A stretch of 63,989 nt of DNA, filler included, from Aduncisulcus paluster (taxonomy: Eukaryota): NCBI GenBank assembly GCA_024181965.1. It is 7 parts of 7 records of this genome, joined end to end, with 100 filler letters (N's around TTAATTAATTAA, not from the genome) between each part and the next. Parts side by side here need not be neighbours in the genome. Positions count along the whole stretch, not along the records: positions 33,301 to 56,428 come from BQXS01000008.1; 6 more parts are not named here. One strand, written 5' to 3'. A model generated the notes under the pieces. The model saw only the letters and a program-made list of their open reading frames with translations, searched no databases and was not told where the DNA came from. A program made the position numbers and the translations under genes. Each line of letters begins with the position of its first letter. The first letter of the stretch is position 1. Positions 43,723 through 55,783 of the stretch are shown here, in pieces.

Positions 43723-46700
43723 ATGAATGAAACGGGACAGGATATTCCAACTCTTCCCGTCGGAAAAGAGCCTCAAAATGTAGATTCGCTATCCCACATG
43801 TTTCATCATCATAATAGAATGTCTGTTGGACACCTTCATTCTTATGTAGATCCATTATTTGAGCTAAGAAAAGAAATTTGCTCTGAATTTTCTAGATATG
43901 ATCATGACACTCCTTCTCATAGTTTTCTTCATTCCAAAAAACTCAAAATTATCTCTAAAAAGAAAGGAACTTCTATTAGTCATATTAATGGAGCTGAAGT
44001 TCATGTTTTCCCAAACGTCCTTAATTTTGGGCATGTTCCATATCATTCCAAGACGAAAAAAGAAATATGGATATTAGCAGTTGAATCATCCCATGAAAAA
44101 CAATCTAGAAATCCCATATCTACTCCAACATCATCTCGATCTCCCAAATCTCCTAAATATTCTTCATCATCTCCTATTTCCCGAAAAAAATCACCAAATA
44201 TTCAACCTGATATTCTACTCGAGTCACCTACCAATATTTATTCAATGTCGATCGTCCATGCACTTTCCGAATCTTCTGAAGTCCCTTCCCCTCTCTTAGA
44301 TATTTCCAAATGTCGAATGGAGTCTCCATCTCCATTTAGCCCTGGATCTGCAAGAAAATCCCCTCGTATGGTTGGACATCGGACAAAATATCATTGTATC
44401 GTTGATGTAGAACCCCATCCTTACTTGTCCTTTTCTGTTTCCTCATATCCCTACTCAACTTCACTTGTTGTGTCAATAGAACCCCATAAACAGAGGGAAG
44501 ATGATCTGAGAAAGTGGCAAGAGGACATCCAGAGAAAGATTGCCGAAGAGAGTCAAATTCCATCATACAAGGATATTCATGTTGTCCAAGAGCAATCTAA
44601 TCCAGTGAAACCCTCCAAAAATTATAGGACCAGTCGCAGTGAGACCCATCTCATCCGCCCTTATCCATTGAAACTCTCAAAGAGTCATAGCGAAGCCTCT
44701 GTTGGCCATTTCTCCTCGTCCGTTGGAGCTGGCGCTGGATTCCCCCTGCGTGCTCGTCTTGAACTTGCTAAAAACAGTTACAAACATACCTGTGTCAATA
44801 TAAAGATTAGTGTATTCCAAGAAATCGATACTTACGATACTGCTGCCAAAAAGGCCCTTGATAAGGATCCATTCCTAGCATCGACGTATCTCTCGCCACA
44901 GTCAGGTCAGCCCATATCCAACAGTGGGAATGCCGCCTCCCCTTCTCCTGTGTCCCCCTCCTCTTCTCCCTCCTCTTCGTCTTCCTCTTCTTCTCATTCC
45001 TCTTCCACTTCGACGAGAACTTCGTCTCCCTCATACGTTGGCTGTGTGAACCTTTCCATCCCTATATACATTGACATTAACTTCTCATCCTCTCCTTCTT
45101 CCAGAGCTCTTCTTGACATTGCTGAGAGAAGACGTGTAATCATCGAAGAGACTGAGAAGAAGAGAGAACGAGATGAGGATAAGGAAATTGCTCGGCGGAA
45201 TATCCTCGAAAGGAAACGTCTATTGGCCGTCGAACATGGTGCTGATCTTGCGCTCTCCCAGATTCACCGTTCCCCAGATTCTCTTTCACCCTCGACCCGT
45301 GCCAACGTGTATTCTTCCCCCTATTCCCCTTCCTATCTCTCCATGGAAGCCCAACAGCATGCAACTCTCTCTGCGATGTTGCAAACCGATCTTTCCGAAG
45401 AAGAAGAAGAGTTAGAAGAAATTGATGTGGACCGTCCTTTGTTTCGAGGAGAGGTTGAGCACATTGAAACGAGAATACACGCAGAGAGACGACGTTCCAT
45501 GAGGATTACAGAGGAATTAGAGTTCATATCAGCTGAAAGAAGAGCCAGAGAAATTGTTTCACCCCCCATCTGTCATAGTATTGTAAGTGCAGTGAAAGTT
45601 GACGATGGTGTTTCTCTTGGGTCGCCTTGGAATGATTCCACGGTTGTTCAGGATGTTGGAACCATTTCCGGCTCTTCCCCTTTATCCAAACACACAGCTT
45701 CTATTCCAGACCCCGACACATTACATTCGCAGGATAGCCGTTCTTCTCTGTCCTTAACTCGTTCCCACTCGCAAGGGATAGGTCTCTCTTCGACATTCAA
45801 GGATAATCCATTGTTCTGTCCCAAAGAAAAACCTCAGCCCCTCGACGATGAATCTTTTGACGCTTTATTTAGTGAATATTATGACGATTGCAGTGAACTT
45901 GAATATGATTCATGTCTTAGATGGGAATTTGATAAATATAGGGAAAATCGGTACCAATTTGTCAACAAATATTCGTTTTATGTCCGTAGACAACAAGAAC
46001 ATGCCAAGTTTCTCAAAAAGATGAGAAAGAAAGCCAAAATTACCTCTAAACGTATTGAAGATGGATCTGAAATCCCCTGTGAAATGAATATTGATTGCTA
46101 TTCTGATTGTGTGCGATGGCTATGGTTGTTTCAAGACGATGAAGATGCCATTAGAGGCGATGAAGATGATTTTATTTCATTCAAAAAACACTTTACCCGA
46201 AAGATAATTCTTCCATTCCTGGCATATTGGAAGCTTTGGGAGATCAGATTGGTAGANNNNNNNNNNNNNNNNNNNNAATATTGATTGCTATTCTGATTGT
46301 GTGCAATGGCTATGGTTGTTTCAAGACGATGAAGATGCCATTAGAGGCGATGAAGATGATTTTATTTCATTCAAAAAACACTTTACCCGAAAGATAATTC
46401 TTCCATTCCTGGCATATTGGAAGCTTTGGGAGATCAGATTGGTAGAAGATTGCGTTAATTTGAATTTAGGTCGACGTTCACTGTATTTTGATACCTCAGA
46501 ACGTCTCTGGAAAGAAAAAGTTGAAAAATGTTCCAAATCTGTAAAATTGATTAGAAATTCTCTTTCAGCTTCATCAGATCCCTCAACCCCCTATTTTGGG
46601 GAAGGTCTCTGGTGTGTTCAACCCCATGACACTGACTCTGGTTCTGATCTTGGGGAAGACTATGAGGGGGAAGATATTATGTGTATCAGTGAGAAATGTC

Positions 46701-47122
46701 TTAAATTACTTCGTATTCAGTGTGAATTAGATGCTGATTTGGAAGAATCTGAGGAGATCCGTTCCAGCGATGATGAAAGTTGCTGGCCTGTGTTGCCTCC
46801 ATCAATGTGCTTCAGATGTTCTGTTGATTCAAAAGAAAAGTACAAAATTAAGCAAGAACAAGCATTAGTATTTGATAAATCAAAAATTATTCTCAGAAAG
46901 AGTCCAACAGTGTCCCATGTTTTTGACCCAAATTCTGTCCAGGATATGATAGATGAAAATATCTTTTATTTATCCGATTCAAGGACACAAGACGCCATAG
47001 ATACACTGAAAATGATCAAATATAATCGAGGTCTGCTAAAAAAGTTGAAGAAACAAAAGGGATCATGGATTCATGATGATATTATTATTAGATATTTTGA
47101 AGATATTCCTACTTTGGAGTAG
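43723..47122 (+). CDS. Hypothetical protein of about 1069 aa after removing a gap duplication; possible split ASH/MSP-like Ig domain
   Basis: The two ORFs join once the 190-bp duplication+gap block is removed (46087-46256 = 46277-46446, one SNP). VHVFPNVLNFGHVPYHSKTKKEIWI resembles an ASH-domain start. Confidence 0.75.
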
Positions 47123-47362
47123 ATTATTGAAAAATAAACTTATTGTGTTGAACAGCGATCTAATATATATATTATATATAGCATGGGTTCCGGAAGATTT
47201 TTGATATGTTCAAAATAAACTAAAAATATAACAAATAATTCTTAAATACATCATTATATACAAATGTGATATTAATTTATCCATTAGACTTTTTTTGGAA
47301 GCTGTTAATTTGTCAACTGAAAAATGCTAAGTTCTCCAGCATAACGTGTTGCAAGCTCATCA

Positions 47363-49225
47363 ATGTTCAAAGAATTAAGTTTATACGTAGATAAAAATTT
47401 TAGAAAGAATATTGTATGGCAAGAATATAAAAAAGTGTCAAGATGTGAAAAAACAGATTTTAAAAGTACTGTCGAGAAGAAATTTTTTACCGATGTGAAA
47501 ACCAACTTGCTGGAGTTTGAACCTCCAAATGAATATTATTGTCGATGCTTGAAATGTGGGGTTAATTTAAAGTGTGCTATATCCACTATCGGACACCTTT
47601 TATCGAGAAATCATCACTTGACATCTCCACAGACGAAACAACAAACGCCAAAAGAAGTATTAATTAAGAAAAGACGTCACCTGAGAGATGTAATAGCGGA
47701 TAAATCATTATCTTATGGAGTATCCGCGTTTACGCTGTGCAGAATAATCGACAAAGAACTTCAAGAGGCGATCATTGACGTTGGAGAGTTCACAAAGATA
47801 TCAAAGACTACAGTATATGACCGTAGCCACCAGATTGCATTAATGGCACTAGAGCAAACTCGACAAACAGCAATGAAAGGCTGTTATAGTATTATTCTGG
47901 ACAAAACAACTTCCCGTGGGAAAGAAGTACTAGCAGTCCTAATCCATACAAAATGTGGCACATTTGCAGTGGGATGGTTGGATGTAAGAAAATATAAAGA
48001 TGAAGAATTCACAGAAGCGTTTGAAAGGGAGTTACGAAAATCATACAGAGCCGAAATTGAATCGTCACAGAGGGCAAATCCAGAGCGTGCAAAAAGTTCA
48101 AGTCTTAGACATCATGATACAAATATTCAGTTTATCATTACACATATTACAAGGACATTGGGGTGTTGCTCGGCACAAATCCACAAAGTCTTAGAGGCAC
48201 CTGCGGATTCCCTTACTACTCATCTAGAGGAGCTATTTGAGGAGATTGGAATAGAAAAATCTCATGTTATAACTATATGGTCAGATAGGGAACCATTAAT
48301 GGTGAATGTGTGCCGACAGTTAGTTACAAATGGGTTCGGGGTATCATGGCAACCTTGCCTATCTCATGTGTTGCATATAGTTAACAAACAATATTTAAAT
48401 TACTTCTTTGAAGTAATTCAGGATTTTATCGAGAATATGAAATCTGCGTTGAGTATCGGAAGCATCGAGAGCAGGGCACTCCTAAAAATGATGAAAATCA
48501 GATCCATCAATTTCTTACAAATTCGATGGACCTCCCTATTGGAGGAATATCTTAAGATATGCAACAATTGGGAAGGATATCTTGGGGCATTAAAGCTCAT
48601 TCAGCCTCGAACAAATTGTGTTGAAGCAAGTATTAAATTTTTGCAAAATAAGTCATATAAAAGGTTTACTAATACACTTCAAAAGGAATATATCCCTCTA
48701 GCTACAAAATCAATTAAGTTATCTGAGGAAGAATTTCCTAATTTCAAGTCATACATAGGTATTTTAGAGTTTCAAAGGAGGCTCGAAGAAGATTGGCTAG
48801 CTCTTGAAATTCCTACCTCGGCATTCAAATCTGCATTTGCTTTTCTAAAACAATTATTAAAGATATATTATGTAATTATCGGGTTCATGCCTGAAACTTG
48901 GACAAAATCATTTAAGATCAGGCTGGAAAAAATGAAATTAGGGTTATCATTACTAAAAATAGAATTATCTCATAGACAGAAGTTAGAACTTGAAAAATAT
49001 TGCTTAGAAGTGAAGATGGGCCAAAAGATATGCTTTGAAACGGACTATTTCTTCCTCACTGAAATCACAAATCAAATAATAACCCTTCCGATGACAGGAG
49101 CTGGAATAGAGAGATTTTTTAGTACTGTCCATCAATTAAATTCAGCAAATCGATCTTCCCAATCCGTAAAAACACTCATGTTAAACGCTACTAAAAAATT
49201 TAACAAAACCAAAGAAATTGAATAA
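47363..49225 (+). mobile_element. hAT-superfamily DDE transposase, intact 620-aa ORF
   Basis: Zinc finger CLKC-x12-HLLSRNH; YSIILDKTT (D1); IWSDREPLM (D2); CLSHVLH (CxxH); IRWTS; TGAGIERFFS (E, dimerisation region). TIRs and an 8-bp TSD were not found by eye. Confidence 0.92.
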
Positions 49226-49809
49226 TATCATCATACCTTGAATAAAAAAGAAAATAAATTAAAAATAACATTCTAAATATTTAAATTAAAGATGAATCTT
49301 ATAATAGATTTGCAAAAAAACAAAAACATCACACTCCATAATCTAACTCTTTATATTCCAGAGCGTGCAAAAAATTAATAATTATTTTTACTTCAATATA
49401 AAATAGTATGAATAAATTGTAACATCATACTATTCTGAAACCATTGCCAAAAAATGGAAACCATTGATATATAGTAATACTGTGTCAGTATACTATAGAG
49501 TGCAGAAAAAGGTTTACGAATGGGATAGTATATACCCTTCTCCATTTCAAAAATCTATCAGTTCTTCATTGATCATTAAAGATTGGCAAGGAAAGAAAAT
49601 AGATCAGAATCACTATAAATAGTATAAAATAAAGAATCTCCCAAAAATAACGTGCTGAAAGACTGTATTATAATACCTGTTGACAATTGTCAACTTGACA
49701 AGGAGATAGCTGAACGTCTGATTAGGATCAGAGAAGTCGAATGAGTTATGTTTACTCGAACGAGTAAAAACTCTATAACATGTTGAAAGTGTATACACTA
49801 ATGAATTCC

Positions 49810-52698
49810 TCAAGGTATCTCGCCTTCCTGATATTCGTCATACTGTGGTTCTTCGTGTTCTTGTTGCAATTGTAATATCTTTCGTTCACGTCTCCTCGAA
49901 GCAAAGTAACCATCCTTCAATCCATGAAGTTCGTCGGTCAAACGATCAATATCAGCTTTGTAATCCTCGACCTGACTCCTAAACATCATCATTTCATCTT
50001 CAACGCTCTGGACTTGCTTGGCTTTCTCGCGAACAATCCGCTGATACGAATCAACCTGCTCAACAATCTCGGGACCAGGCTGTCTTGCAAGGATCTTCTT
50101 CAATTCTCAATATAGTTTTTCTTTCTCATCGATCAACAAGTCTTTCTCAGCGACTTCCTCAGTCTTTGCAATGAGTTTCTTCTGAAGTTGCNNNNNNNNN
50201 NNNNNNNNNNNTCAATCCATGAAGTTCGTCGGTCAAACGATCAATATCAGCTTTGTAATCCTCGACCTGACTCCTAAACATCATCATTTCATCTTCAACG
50301 CTCTGGACTTGCTTGGCTTTCTCGCGAACAATCCGCTGATACGAATCAACCTGCTCAACAATCTCGGGACCAGGCTGTCTTGCAAGGATCTTCTTCAATT
50401 CTAAATATAGTTTTTCTTTCTCATCGATCAACAAGTCTTTCTCAGCGACTTCCTCAGTCTTTGCAATGAGTTTCTTCTGAAGTTGCTGTATTTTCTGGAT
50501 CATTTCGTACGAAGCAGGATCACTTCCCTCGAGTCTCCGCCAACGATGCACGTTCATAGGGTTCTCAAGTTCGTCCGAGAGTGCCTTTGTTCTCGCTTTC
50601 TCTGTGATAAGATCAGCCTGCAATTTAATACTCTCCTTCTTGAATACACCCATGTCTCTGGTTGCTTTCTGAAGAGTGACAAGTTCTTCCTCGAGCATGT
50701 GTAGATATGTTTTCTTCTCAGCCAATTCACGGACTCGACGAGAATATTCCTTCTCACCACGCTTCAAAGCAGCTTGTTGAATTCTGATCTTTTCATAGAG
50801 CTCCTCAAGCTCCTTATTCCGAACAATCAGCTGAGAATCGAGCTGATCCCTTTCATTCATCATCACCTGAAGATCTTTCTGCTGTCTTTCACGTTCACTG
50901 TCGGCCTCAGCAATGATGGCATTGAGCTTGCTAATGTCTGCACGTTGTTTTGCAATGATAGACTCGGCGGCCTCAATATCTGAAGACAACCCATCTAATT
51001 CGGTTTTGTGCTTTTCTTTTTCTCTCTCTATCTTCCTCTTCTCTGCAGATTCCCGCAGCAACAATCCGTCCTTCGTCTCAATCTCTTCTCTCAATTGGTC
51101 AATAGAATGACTCATAATCTTGAATTTCCTCTTCATTTCTGTAATCTCATCCTGCGATTGGATAAGATTCTTTGAGTAAATATTACGATCAGCACGGACA
51201 GCCTCATAGAGCTGCTGTTGCTGCTTTAGCTTAGCCTCACTTTCAGTTACTTTCTTTTGAAGGTCGGCGATAGTCACATCACGAATCTTAACATTTTGAA
51301 CCATTTGAAGATATTGCTGGTTTGATTTGACTGAGGCTGTTGACAACTGTTGCCTCTCTTTCTGAATGTGGAAGATAGCTTTCCTCTCTTTCTGGCTTTC
51401 GTCTTTAAATTGCATCATCTCTTGTTCAAGATTCTTTCCTTCCATGCTGGCCACATCAAGGGCATCCTGGACATCCTTGGCAGATCCGGCAGCCTCACGC
51501 ATTTTCCGCATGATCACACTCTTCTCCTGCCGTAACCTGTCGACAACACGCCGGTCGGATTCGGCTGAACGCTGTTGAGTATCCAACTCACCATTGAGCT
51601 TCGTGACCTCATCCCTCAATCGATCTTTTTGCTCCACAAGCTCAGCCTGCTCACGCTTAAGCTGTTCCACACGAGTCATATATTGTGCAAGCTTACGCTT
51701 AGTCTTTTGGAGCTCCTCTCTATTTTTAGAAAGTTCCGCATGCTTCTGAGAAACTTGAGCAGCTAATTCTGTATTGGTAGAGGCAGACTGTGATGAGGCC
51801 GACGTTTGATCGTTTAAATCCTGTTTTAATTTATCCAACCGAGCTTCGAGCCTAGATACTTCGGTTTCAGTCCGTTCTTTGTTTCGTTTGGCCTCGAGAA
51901 TGTTTGACTTAAGTTCAGCAATATCTTTTTTTACAGTGTCAATCTCAGTTTCTTTTTCAGAAATGATCTTTTCACGAACTTCAATTTCTTTTTTCTGTTT
52001 TTGAAGTTCTGCTTCAAGGTTCTGACGCTTCAGACTTTCTCGATTGGCATCGGTAGCACATTGTGATATCACATCTCCCAAAGCCCTGCGTTTCCGCTCA
52101 CCTTCAATCTTGTCCTTTTCCAATACCCTTGCTTCAGCGACGAGTTCAGATATTTCAGCCCGGAGAATGGTTAATTTGTCAGCCAGAGAATCACGTAAAG
52201 TTACATATTCGGCCCGTTGCTTTTTAAGAGTCTCTAATTGCTCCCCATCATCAATTATTATGGTCGATCCTTGTTGGGCCAGCTCAGAAAGAGACGATAT
52301 CTCTCGTTTGAGAGTAGAAATGACCTCATTTGACTGGGATACTTTTTCACCAGTAGAATCAACATGCTTTTTCATTTTTGCAATTTCTTCGGCAATGTAT
52401 ACAAGATGACCATCATCTTCCTGTTTTAACACAATAGATTTTTGATATTTTGATGTAGACGATTCAGCCCTCTTGCTGAGCTCATCAATTTCTAAAGTAA
52501 CCCGTTCTTCATTTGCTTTACAAGATTGCAAGGAAGAAAATAAAGCAGAATATTTTTGAAGGAAAGGATGACCCCGAAATTCACGTTGAAGCTAAAATTA
52601 CAAGAAATAAGTAAAAAATAGAGAAATATCAAGATAAACCTAGTATATAAGAAAACATTATAACATACTTGTTGGAAGTCTTTCGTGACTTCCTCCAT
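49810..52698 (-). CDS. CFAP58: Cilia- and flagella-associated protein 58, about 838 aa; intron 52592-52668; one gap duplication
   Basis: YEAVRADRNIYSKNL, NVHRWRRLEGSDP, LKKILARQPGPE. Exon 1 MEEVTKDFQQ joins in frame through GTATGT…TTTTAG (77 nt) to LQREFRGHPFLQKY. Duplication 49917-50191 = 50212-50486 surrounds N20. Confidence 0.93.
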
Positions 52699-53153
52699 TT
52701 TAGTATCAAAACAGCGAATTGAAAAACTTACTTTTTAAATATGTGATATAATGAGCATTAAATATCAAATAGTTATTGAAACATCTGTTAACTCTGCAAT
52801 ACAAAAAATTTTTTTGAAGAAAAGTTATAATTTCCCGAGATTTCAAAGTTTATTTCAAAAACCACCATAAAAATAATTCATTTAGTTATGTTGGATTAAT
52901 TATTATATCCACAACAATTTAACCGGTATTTCAAATTCAAAATTTGAGTAATCTCATTAGAATCCAGACAAGAAGAAGAATTTTTTTTTCTTCATCAAAA
53001 TCTCTGGATATTTGAAATATAAAAGGGAAATATTTATTAATTATATATTTTTAATTTTATTGATTGATAATTTCGCTCCTTTTCAAATCACACAATCCAC
53101 AGCTCCCATTTCTTGTTTTTGAAACAATACCCGCAGTATTTTCCAGATAAAAC

Positions 53154-55475
53154 ATGTTTTCCTTCAGTGGAGTTAAGGGGTTTATAAAAACTCTTCGGAA
53201 AGTTCAATCTTCAGGCCAAGAAAGAGCATTAATACATAGACAAATGGCCGAACTTCGATCTGCTTTCAAAGATGATAATCCAAACATTACCCAATGCATT
53301 CTTAAATTGTTATATATTGAAATGATGGGGTATCCTGTTTCATGGGCTCAAATGGAGGTTGTTAAACTTGTAGCTTCTGCCAAAGATCAATCAGCTAGAA
53401 GGCTTGGATATTTGGCCTTATCTCTCCTTATTGATAAGGATTCTGATTTCTTGTTCATGACTACAAACTCTATCAAGACTGATCTTGAGAGTGGAAGTCC
53501 ATATCGTTGTGCTGTTGCTTTACATTGTCTTGGGAGTATTGGAAATGAAGATATCCTTGAGAAATTGGCTCCATATGTTATTCCAATTCTTGGAACACAG
53601 GCTACCTATCTTAGAAAGAAAGCTGCATTGATTTCTTGTAATATTTGTGAGAAATTGCCCGATCAAGCTGAATTGTTCATTCCTGCAGCCAAAAATTTAA
53701 CAATGCAAAAAAGCCACTCCATGGTTCTCTCAGGAACTCAGTTAATGACAGCTATTCTGAAGGCTGACCCAACCCTTTGGGATAATTTCCTCCCAGAGCT
53801 TAGGAATTGTATCCGAGTGTTAAAATCTCTAGTAACATCCCATTCGGGAAGCAGTGAGAATATGATATGTGGTGTTCGTGATCCTTTTATTCAGGTGTCG
53901 ATATTGAATCTTCTACTCGTTTTTGCTTCCTGTCGCAGGAAACTCAGACTAACCGATGCTGTTGATCTCCCTGGACTCTTTGCCTCCCTATCAGCAGTGT
54001 TGACTGGTTCACCCTCAACTAAGGCCGCAGGTCGTGCTGTTCTTCACACGGCTGCCCGAGTTGTTCTCTATATTGGTGCCGGTGGAGTTTTAAGAGATAC
54101 TGCCCTCGATGTGCTTGCCCGTTTCCTCACCCACAAGGATAATAACCTGCGTTATGCCGCCTTGAGTACTCTTGCAGCTTCTCTTCGTGATGGAACTGTA
54201 CAAAGCAATGAAATCAGTAAGCACCGTGCCACCATCTTGCACTGTTTAACTGACGTTGATCCCACACTCCGTAAGCGTGCTCTGGATGCCTCTTTGTGTC
54301 TGTGTGACAAGACAAACATTCGATTCATTGTCTCCTCCCTCCTGAAGTACATTAAAGATGTGTGTAACTCTCTCAGCAATAACGACATTGAAATGCGTGC
54401 AGCTGCCATATCTGGAATCATTCTTGCTTGTGAGTCACACTCTCCGACCCCCAGGTGGCATTTGTCGACCCTCATTAATCTTCTTGACATTTGTGGCGGT
54501 TGGGAAAATGACAAGGGAGTTGGTGGTGAGTATAGTTCAGCGAAATCCTCTGCTAAAGGCTCCTCCAGGAGTGTCTCAGCTACTTTCCTCAGATCCGATA
54601 TTGCTGCCTCTGTCCTCTACCTCCTCTCCCTCCACTCGTCACTTCAGCCCTATGCCGTCCAACTCTTGCTCCATCGTCTTCCAGCGTGTCTTACCACAAT
54701 GAATCCCTCCCTTGCATACCTTATCGGGTGTGTCCTAGGTGAATATGGGCATACTCTTGTCCTCCACGGAAAAGAAAGACACGGGGAGGATGATACTGAG
54801 GGTGGACATGCAATGACTTCTTCCTCCTCCTCTTCAGACGAACCCATTGATGATATTCTTGGTGAATTAGGTCTTGACGACACCACTTCTCCTGGTACAG
54901 AGACTCATCCCCAAACGAGTGTTCCCACCCACGATGATAGTCATTCACATGACCCCGGAAGCAAGACAAACATCCATCCTTCCCTTCTATTCTCATCTCT
55001 TCACTCTCTTCTCACAAGCGCCGTGTGCAAGAATGTCCGTGTGCATAGTGTGTGTGTCAATGCTCTTGTTAAGGTATCTGCCCAGTTCCCCAGTGTCTTC
55101 GATGCTCAGCCAGTTGATGAAAGTGAGGACCTCTCTGACGAAGAGAGGAAGTCCCGTGAGGACATTTTCACGATCGGATCCGAGACGAAGCGTCTTCTTT
55201 CGATGTATGCCCACCATCTCGAGAGTGAGCTCCAGACCCGTTCTGTGGAGATGTGCACTATGCTAAGGAGCGATAAAGTCAATATTCTCTGCCAGACAAT
55301 TCCTGGGAAAGGAGATGACGATGATGAAGAGGAGGTGGAGGAGGAATCTGGGGGTTCCACAGATGAAAAAAAGATAGAAGAGGGTGAAAAGGAGCTTCAA
55401 CAAGGAGAAAAGGCGGAAGAACACCAAACTTCAGCCGAAAATGATGATTTGGATGATTTATTAGGATTGTTCTAG
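53154..55475 (+). CDS. AP1G: AP-1 adaptor complex gamma subunit (trunk and hinge; no ear domain evident)
   Basis: KLLYIEMMGYP, RLGYLAL, TNSIKTDL, YLRKKAAL, GVRDPFIQVSIL (gamma-type), NNLRYAAL, HRATILHCL, ELQTRSVE. Confidence 0.88.
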   Translation: MFSFSGVKGFIKTLRKVQSSGQERALIHRQMAELRSAFKDDNPNITQCILKLLYIEMMGYPVSWAQMEVVKLVASAKDQSARRLGYLALSLLIDKDSDFLFMTTNSIKTDLESGSPYRCAVALHCLGSIGNEDILEKLAPYVIPILGTQATYLRKKAALISCNICEKLPDQAELFIPAAKNLTMQKSHSMVLSGTQLMTAILKADPTLWDNFLPELRNCIRVLKSLVTSHSGSSENMICGVRDPFIQVSILNLLLVFASCRRKLRLTDAVDLPGLFASLSAVLTGSPSTKAAGRAVLHTAARVVLYIGAGGVLRDTALDVLARFLTHKDNNLRYAALSTLAASLRDGTVQSNEISKHRATILHCLTDVDPTLRKRALDASLCLCDKTNIRFIVSSLLKYIKDVCNSLSNNDIEMRAAAISGIILACESHSPTPRWHLSTLINLLDICGGWENDKGVGGEYSSAKSSAKGSSRSVSATFLRSDIAASVLYLLSLHSSLQPYAVQLLLHRLPACLTTMNPSLAYLIGCVLGEYGHTLVLHGKERHGEDDTEGGHAMTSSSSSSDEPIDDILGELGLDDTTSPGTETHPQTSVPTHDDSHSHDPGSKTNIHPSLLFSSLHSLLTSAVCKNVRVHSVCVNALVKVSAQFPSVFDAQPVDESEDLSDEERKSREDIFTIGSETKRLLSMYAHHLESELQTRSVEMCTMLRSDKVNILCQTIPGKGDDDDEEEVEEESGGSTDEKKIEEGEKELQQGEKAEEHQTSAENDDLDDLLGLF

Positions 55476-55783
55476 ATTGAGTTGTTTTTTTTTTTCAATT
55501 CTTGTCAATTTCCTCCGTTAATTCTCCAAAAAAGCGCCAAAAATAGAGCTCATCATCTACTATACTATACTATATACTGTACAATACTGACTCCTTACAG
55601 AAGTTCTTGTTCAAAAAGACAAAGACGACAGCAATATCATATCATATTTGGTTATAGAGCCATAAAAGTCATGAGTTCAGATTAGTTCTTAAATAAATAA
55701 ACAAATTTTCCCCAAAAGGTTCCTCATATAATCTAGATTGGGAAGATCAAAGCTATCTTAGTTCTTCTCTATCTCAAAGCTAC

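Noticed and set aside
48080..49375. CCAGAGCGTGCAAAAA present inside and downstream of the hAT ORF as a possible TIR
   Set aside because: Both copies are in direct orientation and no inverted partner was found upstream.
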